Below are positions 36,849-46,512 of a stretch of 64,000 nucleotides of DNA, piece after piece (positions within the stretch are counted from its first letter, which is position 1; every line of letters begins with the position of its first letter). The notes beneath the pieces are model-generated. The model was not told the origin of the DNA. It saw nothing but the letters and a program-made list of their open reading frames with translations, and made no database searches. Position numbers and translations under genes: made by a program. The DNA lies in sequence record OR413585.1. The stretch is one strand, 5' to 3'.

Positions 36849-39800
36849 CTAAGAGGCCCACTCACCCGAGTTGTTGCCTTCGTTTCTACGTTCAGTATCC
36901 AACGTTTGTAAAATCCAATCCCATGTCCTGGTGGGGATATGGAATGGATTACGCTTCTCAATGAGAATCGTCTCGCCACCAGTGCGAAGTTCCACCGGTG
37001 TCGTTTCAGTAATCACGAACATCGGATTACCGCTACTGCCCACGCCATTAATAGTGAACTTCGCTTGCAGCGGCGGCACAGAACCTTCCGGAGGCACGAA
37101 CACGATGTGAATTGGCTGCATCGGTTTCGTGCGGGCAAGAGTCCCAGATATCTGAACAGCTGTTGTCGATGCACTGAAAGGTATAACATTACCCGAAATT
37201 TTCTCACTACCCACGATGATATATCCTGGGTAGTTAGAGAGCATTGTCCCATTTACCGACACAAAACGCTCATTTTGAGTTGGGCGATAAGCCCGCATAA
37301 AGCCGTACTTCCATTCACCACCGTTAGACGTATAGTCTGCAGGAGCCGACTCAAGTAGCGGAGCACCACGTTTCTGCAGCCCTTTGTAAAACGGCGCTGG
37401 GAGTTTACCGTTCGGTGCAAGTTCCGGATAACCCTCACTTGCAGCAGACATCGTGATGTATTCCGTAACCGGGTTATCGACGTTATCTCCAAAGTTCGCG
37501 AACGCGACGGTTGATATCGACATCTCCTCATGCCCAGAAGACTGGCTGTCCGGAGAACGCTCAATATACGACTCAAATAGCGAGCGTAGATAATGGAAAC
37601 GATTTAAATCTACTTCTGTTGTGGAAGGGTCCATCAAACCGTGGTTGATTGTGACGCCTTCACCAGTTTCGATGCCAGTAACACTAATCGATAAAGCGCC
37701 GCCTTTAAAATAATCAATCGCGTCAAACGGAAGGTCGTATTCTATCTCACGAATAGTTGCCGAAGCCTGGCCGCCTATCTTACTAATCGACGATATTCGC
37801 AGTATCTGCGTATCAACAATATAGCGATAACGAATAAGCCAGCGCGAACCAATGGCTGCGAACTCGCTAGCGATTGAAACCGGGAGATAGTCTAAACAGT
37901 CAGGCGACTGAACATCCACGCTCTTGATTACACGAGGAGCATCAACCAGCGTATTAGTAACGCTGGATTGTGTGGTGGCAATTCTTCCGGTTGGTTTATC
38001 GTACGGCGCAGCAATAAAGCCGCAGTTTAAACTGGTGTGGGAGTTACTCCACCGCAGGACTCTGGTTTTACCTTTCTCATCAGCAGAAGGGGCCATGAAG
38101 TTTAATGAAACTACGACGTCCGAGATTTTTGGGACTTCAGGATAATCAGTGTCGATTACCACCGAACCCTCGAATGTCGCCATTCCATTTTCTTTCGGGT
38201 TGCTTGGTGTAAACCAGCAATACGGGGACGCGTTTTCAGTGGAAACAACCGCCGCAAGAAGAATCCTGAGCGAGGTGGCACTTACGAATTTATAATCAAA
38301 TAACCCACGATCTAAACGAACGAGGTTATCCCCAGAAACAGACGGGTTAGTTGGATACGCATACAGCCATTGTTTAGGTAATGGATCAACCTTATTCAAC
38401 GGCAGCATTTTCGGGTTATCCGTCAACGACCAGTCGGTGTTACTCACCCCGTGTGCTAGACGTGTTTCGAAGTGCCGTTTAAGTTCGGACGCCATGCCGA
38501 AGTCAAACGTCGTTTCAAACTCGTAAGTCGTGCCTGCAACCAATCCCGCGTCAGGGACATCAATGTGGCCGATATAGCCGCGTTCCAAGTTAATACCTTC
38601 CGTGTCCACAATAGGTTCGGCGCGCGAATATAACGCATCGGTTATCATGTTCACATAGAGGTAATGCCTTAAACCGTTCGGCGTCTTAACAAACTCCTGC
38701 AGGCGGGCGACTTTGGTGTTTTTATCCGAGGCCCCAACCGCAAAGTCACCGTCGTAAATTGTGAAACGAATTGCGGCTGCTTTAGCGCTATCGTTACATT
38801 CTGCACGGAATGCTAAGCAGTGTTGCTTCCACCCCTCTTTGACAGTCGCCTCCAGATACCCCGCTTCTGTAATACCCGCACCGATAATTTCACCGTCCAG
38901 ATAAACAGAAACAGCACCACCGCCACGAACCCAAATCCGCAGCTTACCAGAGTCGCAACGAACCCACGTTTTCGCCAAGAGGTTAACGACTGACAAATCA
39001 CCCATTCCGGTTGTCGTTAACCCAATCTGCGCACCGTAGTTCGTTTCCGGGACGGCAACCTCAAACCCACTAAAATCAATACCGGCACCGGTATTAATTA
39101 CCGCGTTCTGCCACGTTCTTTCCATACGGTTATCTGGAGAGAACCACTGGAACATCGGTGTGGTTTGCAGGTCTATCGAACCAGATACCGTCCCCTCTTT
39201 ACGTGCACCATTTAACAGATAGAAATAATTCAAATCCGTTACGGCGAGGGTGGTACGTGTAGATCCCACAGTCCAAGTCTTACCGCGCACAGCGGCAAAA
39301 TCGGTCACGGAATCCTCTTTCGCGTTTGCTAGCGCAGCTGCAACCACGTCTAAACGTTTTGACAAATCGTTCAGAACGTTCGGGGTAACGCCGCGATTAT
39401 CCGACAAGCCGTTTAGGTTGGTAGAATATCGAGCGATACCGGGAACTGTTTGAGAAGCCGTTGGGATCTGTAAATCGGCGAAGTTGTGATGGTGACCTTT
39501 ATCACTAAGACCGGTAACTGCTTCTGCCAACGCATCAGAAAGTGGTTTATCGACGTCAGCTGTGTTATCAGCCAAGTCCAGACCCAAATCCTTTTTCGTT
39601 AGCGTTCGGCTACCAGTGTCCATCGGCTGGTTATTCAGCAGCGTTGTCTTCCTGACGTACGAAGACAGGTCACCCTCGTACGGTAAGAGCGAAGCTGGGG
39701 TGACTGCTTGTCCCTTGACTACATCGCTCGGCTTATCAGTCAGCGTCACAACGCCGGGTTCAGAGGTCGTCGCGGGTTTGGCTGTGACCTTCCCGGTGAC

Positions 39801-40979
39801 GGGATCGGCTTTTGACCCTTTACCCGTGAAAGTAATGCCGTTCACCCCGCTAATGTACAGTTTGTTGTCATCCGGGTCAACGGTACCACCGCCGGTACCA
39901 GGGTCTTGTTGATAGCCCATGAGAGCAGTTGTGGTCAGTAACGTCGTACCATTAAGCGTCAGCTTATCCATCCCCAAGGCACTGCCAGTCGACTCAATAC
40001 GTAATGTATTGATGCCTGCTTTCCACTCCATAAACCGGACGGTTCCAGTAGTGTCGGCATACCCACACGCCAACACAACAGAGCCATTAGATTTAAGAGT
40101 GAATGCCTCAGCAGAGAACACAATTTCGGATTCACCAGCAGGAGAACGGAACAGAGCACGAGTACCGGATATCGTCGCATTAAACACCCCTTTGGATTCT
40201 TTCGATACCCATTTAGAAATGTACTTGTCGATATCCGATTGTTGCAGACCCAGTGCACGGACCTCGCTGGTTAACTGACGCAACGTCTTTCCGTACGCCA
40301 GGAAAGTATCTGGCGTTTTCAGGTTGACAGGATGCGCACCGGCCTGCGCCGCGGTAGTCCCATGAGGGTTAGTCGACGCAATGTGTCCGGGGTAGTTAAA
40401 TGCGGCGATTTCAGTTCCTAAGCCCAAAACCGCATCTTTCAGCTCAGTAAGCTTTTCACGAATCTGCTCGTTGGCCGCCCCGGCATCTAACTCCACATCA
40501 TGCACTGCAGAGGCAACATACTTTTTATTCAGCATGTCTGACCAAGCTACCGCTGCAGGGGTGGCTGGGTACAGGGAGGGTCGATTACCTAAAAGCAGCC
40601 AATCTGCAGCCGTTGGATTGTTGAGTGCCTTAATTAGCTCATCCAACATCTCAATCAAACCACTGTAAAACGTACCCCCAAGCATCTGGCCTTCAAAGAC
40701 CACCGCACCACGCAGTTTAGGGTTAATAAGATGCACCCCGCAAAATACCGGGGTCGTCACCGAGTCGTCCAACGGTGTTAAAGCATACTCCAGCTCATAG
40801 TCCGTCCCGCGGGTAAGCGGTATGGACGAGCCGGCGAGCCTTACCACCAATCCTTCGAAAAACGGGCGATGATCTAGCATCACCACCCGATCGTTAGGAT
40901 TGTCGGAGTCGATGATACGTTCCTCGATGAAGTGACACTCAGGATTTACACCCCGAGGATCGTAAGGATACGTTTTCAT
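36849..40979 (-). CDS. large tail-fibre/baseplate protein (1376 aa)
   Basis: PFF..LTRGTDY N-domain; HIASTNPHGTT; ATTSEPGV and ASQTVPGI repeats; AAGGAG RBS. Confidence 0.8.
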   Translation of the reverse strand: MKTYPYDPRGVNPECHFIEERIIDSDNPNDRVVMLDHRPFFEGLVVRLAGSSIPLTRGTDYELEYALTPLDDSVTTPVFCGVHLINPKLRGAVVFEGQMLGGTFYSGLIEMLDELIKALNNPTAADWLLLGNRPSLYPATPAAVAWSDMLNKKYVASAVHDVELDAGAANEQIREKLTELKDAVLGLGTEIAAFNYPGHIASTNPHGTTAAQAGAHPVNLKTPDTFLAYGKTLRQLTSEVRALGLQQSDIDKYISKWVSKESKGVFNATISGTRALFRSPAGESEIVFSAEAFTLKSNGSVVLACGYADTTGTVRFMEWKAGINTLRIESTGSALGMDKLTLNGTTLLTTTALMGYQQDPGTGGGTVDPDDNKLYISGVNGITFTGKGSKADPVTGKVTAKPATTSEPGVVTLTDKPSDVVKGQAVTPASLLPYEGDLSSYVRKTTLLNNQPMDTGSRTLTKKDLGLDLADNTADVDKPLSDALAEAVTGLSDKGHHHNFADLQIPTASQTVPGIARYSTNLNGLSDNRGVTPNVLNDLSKRLDVVAAALANAKEDSVTDFAAVRGKTWTVGSTRTTLAVTDLNYFYLLNGARKEGTVSGSIDLQTTPMFQWFSPDNRMERTWQNAVINTGAGIDFSGFEVAVPETNYGAQIGLTTTGMGDLSVVNLLAKTWVRCDSGKLRIWVRGGGAVSVYLDGEIIGAGITEAGYLEATVKEGWKQHCLAFRAECNDSAKAAAIRFTIYDGDFAVGASDKNTKVARLQEFVKTPNGLRHYLYVNMITDALYSRAEPIVDTEGINLERGYIGHIDVPDAGLVAGTTYEFETTFDFGMASELKRHFETRLAHGVSNTDWSLTDNPKMLPLNKVDPLPKQWLYAYPTNPSVSGDNLVRLDRGLFDYKFVSATSLRILLAAVVSTENASPYCWFTPSNPKENGMATFEGSVVIDTDYPEVPKISDVVVSLNFMAPSADEKGKTRVLRWSNSHTSLNCGFIAAPYDKPTGRIATTQSSVTNTLVDAPRVIKSVDVQSPDCLDYLPVSIASEFAAIGSRWLIRYRYIVDTQILRISSISKIGGQASATIREIEYDLPFDAIDYFKGGALSISVTGIETGEGVTINHGLMDPSTTEVDLNRFHYLRSLFESYIERSPDSQSSGHEEMSISTVAFANFGDNVDNPVTEYITMSAASEGYPELAPNGKLPAPFYKGLQKRGAPLLESAPADYTSNGGEWKYGFMRAYRPTQNERFVSVNGTMLSNYPGYIIVGSEKISGNVIPFSASTTAVQISGTLARTKPMQPIHIVFVPPEGSVPPLQAKFTINGVGSSGNPMFVITETTPVELRTGGETILIEKRNPFHIPTRTWDWILQTLDTERRNEGNNSGEWAS

Positions 40980-40991
40980 TCAAAAATCTCC

Positions 40992-43900
40992 TTAATCACG
41001 AATAATAAGTGTTCGAGCTGACGTGTTTTTCGGATTGAACGTCATCATCTTGGATGGGTGCGCCGCCGGTGGAATTTTACCTGTATCCACTGGTCGGAAC
41101 GAACTGTATGAATAGTTGCACATCGCGCTGTTCATCTCATTAATCGTTGAACCTGCATCCACCACGCCAGTAAAGAATCTTGCGCGGTTTAAGCCGGAAT
41201 AGTTAATCGCATAGTCAAGGAACGTGGCGTAATAACGATTCTTCATCGGCATCGAATTCAGGTTAGCGTAAGTCAAACGCGCTTCTGTGTCGGAACTAAA
41301 CAAACCACCCACGCCGTGATAAATCGGCGTACTCGGATCGGTAATCAGTTTCGTCAAGTCGATATAGTCAGGACGGAGACGGGTAGACAAATCCTCAGTC
41401 CACGACTCGCCGGTCGACTGCAAGGTGTATTTCAGCGTCTTTGTTGTCGCAGTTAGCGTCAGCTCAAAGTTAATCGTTTTGGAATCGATGTTAATCGTTC
41501 CCACGAACGAAATACCGTCCGCTGTTCGCGCGTGGCTGAAATGCACCGATGGATTAAGTGCCGTCCAGTCATGGCCGGAACCAGTAACGCCGTTCAAGCC
41601 AATAACAACCTGTGCAGCACGTCCGTAGTTAACCGCGATTCCCGCATACGTGCTCACGCCGCCTGGAGTGGTAATACGCCCTGCGGTGCGTGCGACGAGT
41701 ACAGAAATACGGTGCATGAACGTGGCCGAGTGATGGCAACAGCCAATTACCGTTTCTAGCACACTGTCCGCTGTTGCGGTTAAAGGTGTCCACGTTGCGG
41801 TAATGCCGTTATTCTGGAACATCGGGAATGTGTTGTGGACAAAACGATAATCGGTTACAGATAAACTGGTTGTTTTAAACGTCCATTTATCAGCAGCCGG
41901 ATCGTAGTCCGCTTTCAACATAGGCGTATAGCTGCTAGCCTGCGCGTAACGCCAATCGGCATCTATACGTTTTGTACCCGGTGCACCCGTGGACCACACA
42001 GGCCCGCCCGTACCGTAAGTAAATCCGAATTCAGCTTGCGTCATGCCCCGACGAATATGGGCGTTATCATCCTCGATATGCTCGCCTAATTCACGGAACT
42101 CACCTAAACGCGTCACGTTGCGGATTTCTACAAAAACCACACCGGTTTCACTGGTGATGATGGAACCTATTTTGGTCATCGTCTCAGTTTCTGCCGTGTT
42201 TGGATTTTCGTAGATAATGTACTTGCCGTCATCGCCCGCCGCGTCAACATACACGCCAAACTCAGCATCTTCGTGCGTCGCTGGGAATAGCTCCGCCAAG
42301 TTAAATGTGGAGAGAGGTACTTTGTACTCGCGACCAACGAAATAATCGTTCGCTTTAATAGTAACCATCCAGTCGGTGTAAGTGATGCCGTTTTCAATGA
42401 TATCCGTGCCGGGTAAACCGTAGCGAATAATGTTGATTGAAGCACCAGAGTCGACTGTCTTCGCAACCTTCTCTATCTCTGTGATCGCGTCCGCCTGTCG
42501 GATAACCTCACCGCCGTCTAATGCCAGCGTGGCATCGTCAACCGCGGTGCCGAATTGTACTAAACCGAACTCCGTCGTTGTTGCACGCTTAATCCCGAGC
42601 GCAGCAGGAGTGTGTGTGTGACCGACCACTGCATACTTGTCCAGCTCAGCTTGTTGGAGCGGGGAAATTGGCAATTGCACATCTGGGATGTTCTGTACGT
42701 TCGATAAGCCGAAGTTAGTTTTATCGATGTAAATAGAACTCGTCAGTGGCATGTCGTTGATGTACGATTTAACCGCAACCAACTTGCCCGTAAACTGCTG
42801 ATCCAGTTTCTTGATGAGTGCCGGCGTTGCGGCCAAGTCCTCACGATCACCGAATTCAGTAGCCAGCATCCGAACGGCCATCAAGCCGAGATCTGCGGAT
42901 TCAGGTGGAACAAAAGTACAAATGAACGGAACAGACTGAATACCGTTACCGTTAATGGTTACAGTAGCTGTGGATGTTCCGTAAAACAGCCCGTCGCCAC
43001 CTGACTCGTTACCCGGCAGGTACGGCCCGACCGTAGTAGGGTCCAACAGTTTCTTACCGTTGAACTCCAATCCACGGGAATCCGGATAAAGGATAAGTTG
43101 GTTAGCCCCACCTTGCCATGTAATCGGGTTATTCCCAGCGTTAACGGTTTGCGAATCACGTCCAATAAAACGGATAACCCTCGGGTCAACCGTAAACTGT
43201 GCGCCCACGCCATTAGACTCATCGGTGCCCACTGCTGACGTTATTGAAGTCAGGCCAGGCTTCATGCCGAACGTGCCGTTAATAGACTGCGCCACGGTTG
43301 GTAAACGTAATAGCTTGTTCGCCAACGTCGACAGTTTCGGCAACAGATTGTTAACGTAATCTGTCAGTTGCGGTTGTGTCTTTCCGTAAACCAGTGTCGC
43401 ATCCGAAGCAATGCCGTTATTCTCCAAAGCACGGATTGCGCCCCACGAATCGCGATGCGGGTTATCCTTGCGCGGCACGTGCGTGTGTGCCGGTGCATCA
43501 CGGTACAATTTATCGACAATCTGGTGATATTTTACCAGCAGCTGGTACACGTCATTGTTAACGTCAGGCGACGGTGCGCCTGGTAATGAACGAATTTGGA
43601 CGTAATCGTCCTCACCCGCCCACCAGTTTAGGTTGACGCTCGATTTAAACTTCAGCCATTTTGCGACATCGGTTTTCTGATACCCTGGTGCAAATTCGCT
43701 CGGTGGGTTGTCAACGTTAAAGCTGTAGTTGACGGTTTGCTTGCTTGTTTTAACGGTGATGTCGTAAATGCCATTACCTTCGCGCCTGACCACGCTAAAC
43801 TCAATCACACCCGCCAACTCGGTATCAGTCAGGCCGGTCGTCAACGTATAGCTGTAATTAGACGAACCAGAACCAATCGCCGTCGTTAAGGTAAGATAAA

Positions 43901-44705
43901 TCGCGCGTTGCTTCAACTGAAGACGCAGGATACTTGTCCCACCGTTTGCGTAACAGAGCATCCAATCGATCAACTCGCCTGGGTTTAACGTTGTTTCCGG
44001 TGGAATGCTCGGTAAACGGTGTTTTACCGCTAACGAATACGCATTGAACGTCGTGTTCTGGTAAGATAACGAATAACGACGACGTTTCGCGTTATACGTG
44101 TAGCCGCCAGTACCGTCGTACGTCGCATACTGCTCGGATGTGATAAGCGTGACACCGGCGCGATATTGAAGGTCTAACGTGTTACGAGCAATCGGGTCAA
44201 CGCGACTGATCGCTTCACCGAGCTTAGCACCAACCGCAACAATGGCTTCCATCAACTCGGATTCGCCACGCCAGTTTTCCCAGTCGAACTTAATATCGAC
44301 CGGTGGGAAATATAAATCCCCAATGACGTTATCCCATTGGCAGTCTACGGGATAGCGATCTTTATTCGCTTCTCGTTCTGCGGCGATCATTTCTGCAGTG
44401 GCTTCACCGATGCCAATTGCGTGGTAATCGAGTGTAAAGCCACTCTGATATTTCGGGTTGGTAATCCACACACCACCATGACAAACATGGCCAGTGCGTG
44501 CCATACCCGTAACGTACGCGTGGGTGATGACGTAATCATCACCTAATGTTAATTTCTTGCCGCCACTCTTGACCACCAGGGATGTGGTATAAAAGGGGGC
44601 GTGTGCGGGGAACAGCATCCGGTACTTAGTACCGATCGGCGTTACCGCTTCACCGGTCTGCATATTCCCCGGTTCTTGATAGTGCGGGTCAGGGACGACA
44701 GCCAT
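40992..44705 (-). CDS. large tail-fibre/baseplate protein (1237 aa)
   Basis: PFY..LTLGDDY N-domain; HVPRKDNPH; ATTTEFGL repeat; AAGGAG RBS. Confidence 0.8.
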   Translation of the reverse strand: MAVVPDPHYQEPGNMQTGEAVTPIGTKYRMLFPAHAPFYTTSLVVKSGGKKLTLGDDYVITHAYVTGMARTGHVCHGGVWITNPKYQSGFTLDYHAIGIGEATAEMIAAEREANKDRYPVDCQWDNVIGDLYFPPVDIKFDWENWRGESELMEAIVAVGAKLGEAISRVDPIARNTLDLQYRAGVTLITSEQYATYDGTGGYTYNAKRRRYSLSYQNTTFNAYSLAVKHRLPSIPPETTLNPGELIDWMLCYANGGTSILRLQLKQRAIYLTLTTAIGSGSSNYSYTLTTGLTDTELAGVIEFSVVRREGNGIYDITVKTSKQTVNYSFNVDNPPSEFAPGYQKTDVAKWLKFKSSVNLNWWAGEDDYVQIRSLPGAPSPDVNNDVYQLLVKYHQIVDKLYRDAPAHTHVPRKDNPHRDSWGAIRALENNGIASDATLVYGKTQPQLTDYVNNLLPKLSTLANKLLRLPTVAQSINGTFGMKPGLTSITSAVGTDESNGVGAQFTVDPRVIRFIGRDSQTVNAGNNPITWQGGANQLILYPDSRGLEFNGKKLLDPTTVGPYLPGNESGGDGLFYGTSTATVTINGNGIQSVPFICTFVPPESADLGLMAVRMLATEFGDREDLAATPALIKKLDQQFTGKLVAVKSYINDMPLTSSIYIDKTNFGLSNVQNIPDVQLPISPLQQAELDKYAVVGHTHTPAALGIKRATTTEFGLVQFGTAVDDATLALDGGEVIRQADAITEIEKVAKTVDSGASINIIRYGLPGTDIIENGITYTDWMVTIKANDYFVGREYKVPLSTFNLAELFPATHEDAEFGVYVDAAGDDGKYIIYENPNTAETETMTKIGSIITSETGVVFVEIRNVTRLGEFRELGEHIEDDNAHIRRGMTQAEFGFTYGTGGPVWSTGAPGTKRIDADWRYAQASSYTPMLKADYDPAADKWTFKTTSLSVTDYRFVHNTFPMFQNNGITATWTPLTATADSVLETVIGCCHHSATFMHRISVLVARTAGRITTPGGVSTYAGIAVNYGRAAQVVIGLNGVTGSGHDWTALNPSVHFSHARTADGISFVGTINIDSKTINFELTLTATTKTLKYTLQSTGESWTEDLSTRLRPDYIDLTKLITDPSTPIYHGVGGLFSSDTEARLTYANLNSMPMKNRYYATFLDYAINYSGLNRARFFTGVVDAGSTINEMNSAMCNYSYSSFRPVDTGKIPPAAHPSKMMTFNPKNTSARTLIIRD

Positions 44706-44772
44706 TTTACACTCCTTTTCTCTGAGGGCGTCGAGTTCATACTATGACCCGAATCCTTAGAGGAAACAGCCA

Positions 44773-46035
44773 GTGACTACTGCTTATCAAGTGCGGGCCG
44801 ACAGCGCTTTTGGCTTCTCTCGAGACACCCGAACTTGGGGAACCATCGATGTCACGCAGCCCTTAAATACCCTTTGTGCTAACTACCACTTTTTCGAAGT
44901 AGGACTAGAAGCATTAGGTGCCGAATATACCTTCTATAGCCAGTATCACCTGGCCGATTTACAAAACCGTACGGACACCCTGCAGGATTGGTTGAATACC
45001 AAGTCAGGAACGGCGATTCCAACGCTTGGGAAAGGCCTACCGAAGCTCGAATTCGTTGAGGCACACTACCAGTCTATTAATGCCGACGTGCCCGTAGAAA
45101 CGCACCTGTGCCCTCCTGGGTACCATTACACTCAGGACTTCAATCCTGATGATGCACACGACGTTGTTGTAGTCTGCGATGATGAATGGAAAGAGAAATA
45201 CCGTACTGGGGTACTGTACAACATCAACGGTCAATGGGTGCCGCACCAATCTGACCCTGTGGGTGTTCGCTTAACCGGCGCTGGTAACATCGTGCGGAGA
45301 GCCAACACACCCGATATCGGCTGTCTAGTGATGGCGAATATTGGTAAAGTGAAGACTTACCCCATATCCGGTTTAACGATGAACAAACTCGATACTACGC
45401 GAGATTACTATTCTTCGTTAATGCTGACCTTACCCGATTCCATTACAGGGAAAACCGTTGGGTTCGTCATCGGAGGTATTCTGCATTGGTTGCCGCCGCA
45501 AGGCTATTTCAGCGACCGTGCGATTATGCTGAGTCTGCCAAACCTTAGCGTGGCGAAGATTGTATTGGAAACCCGTCGCTATTACGATTGGGATGCCATC
45601 GGTGTAGGTGATTTAAGTACGCCTACGTCCGTTCAACGTATTCGTAACTCAGAAACGTTAAAAGCGTTGCTGACGCACGAATCCTCGTTTATCTTTACGA
45701 TAGACAACCCGTATCTCGAAAAAGAGATTCACGGAATAAGCCACAACGCTATCTGGGGCCGGTTCTATTTAAAAGACCCGACTGACCCAGATGGGAAGAA
45801 GACGCTAGGTCCTATCTTTAACCGTATTGGTAAATGTGTAGGGTACTGGCCGACCTGGGAAGAAGGGGAGTGGGTCTTTAATACCACATTCTTCGACCGG
45901 GAAAACTTTTTGTTGGGGAACGCGCGTTGGTATAACCAGAATTTGGTAAACGACGCGCAGGCAATCGTCGGGCCTTTCGGGGCTTGGGGTAAGCCGTTTG
46001 TTGAAATGCATCGCTACAAAGCAAGAAAAAAATAA
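44773..46035 (+). CDS. hypothetical, probably virion structural protein
   Basis: AGGA RBS with GTG start; divergent from the tail operon; terminator follows. Confidence 0.65.
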   Translation: MTTAYQVRADSAFGFSRDTRTWGTIDVTQPLNTLCANYHFFEVGLEALGAEYTFYSQYHLADLQNRTDTLQDWLNTKSGTAIPTLGKGLPKLEFVEAHYQSINADVPVETHLCPPGYHYTQDFNPDDAHDVVVVCDDEWKEKYRTGVLYNINGQWVPHQSDPVGVRLTGAGNIVRRANTPDIGCLVMANIGKVKTYPISGLTMNKLDTTRDYYSSLMLTLPDSITGKTVGFVIGGILHWLPPQGYFSDRAIMLSLPNLSVAKIVLETRRYYDWDAIGVGDLSTPTSVQRIRNSETLKALLTHESSFIFTIDNPYLEKEIHGISHNAIWGRFYLKDPTDPDGKKTLGPIFNRIGKCVGYWPTWEEGEWVFNTTFFDRENFLLGNARWYNQNLVNDAQAIVGPFGAWGKPFVEMHRYKARKK

Positions 46036-46042
46036 AAGGTAA

Positions 46043-46082
46043 ACCCTACTCCCAACGGGAGTAGGGTACCTATATCTTTTTT
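46043..46082. terminator. bidirectional terminator
   Basis: ACCCTACTCCC-AAC-GGGAGTAGGGT between convergent genes. Confidence 0.8.
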
Positions 46083-46095
46083 GCCTGCAGGCCGA

Positions 46096-46305
46096 TTACG
46101 CGTTTACGTAATAGATGGCGTTGCCGAACATTTTGTTGTTGCCGCCACAAGCGGTAACTTTAAATGCTACGCCGCCTTCAGCTTCGGCTTTCTTAGCCAG
46201 CGCTTCGGTAACTTCGGTAACGGTGCTCAGTCCAGAAACCTGAACGGTGCCTGCTTCTACCAGACCAGAAACGTCGCTGCCTGCGGTGATTTCACGAATG
46301 CTCAT
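46096..46305 (-). CDS. DUF1471 (YdgH/BhsA/McbA-like) domain protein lacking a signal peptide
   Basis: GTVQVSG..EVTEALAKKAEAEGGVAFKVT..GGNNKMFGNAIYY; GGAG RBS; in-frame TAA directly before the ATG. Confidence 0.65.
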   Translation of the reverse strand: MSIREITAGSDVSGLVEAGTVQVSGLSTVTEVTEALAKKAEAEGGVAFKVTACGGNNKMFGNAIYYVNA

Positions 46306-46399
46306 TTACTTATCTCCATTAACAAATGATAGCAGAAGAACCCTATGTTCAACTACTTGTACTTCGAGGCATATTAACTGCCCCGACTCGTAAATTAGT

Positions 46400-46486
46400 T
46401 GACAATAAACCGGCTTTTGTGCGAAAAAAGTGGCTAACTGTGCACAAGCGATTCGGGTTATCGTTACAGTTAGGGGTTTATTGTCA
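46400..46486 (+). ncRNA. candidate structured RNA (three-way junction)
   Basis: 12-bp outer stem, 8-bp plus 6-bp inner arm, 6-bp side hairpin, all found by hand. Confidence 0.35.
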
Positions 46487-46512
46487 CATTATACCCCACA
46501 CACGTAAATAAC

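Noticed and set aside
46400-46498. tRNA interpretation of the structured intergenic element
   Set aside because: No cloverleaf, T-loop or D-loop consensus; kept only as a generic ncRNA candidate.
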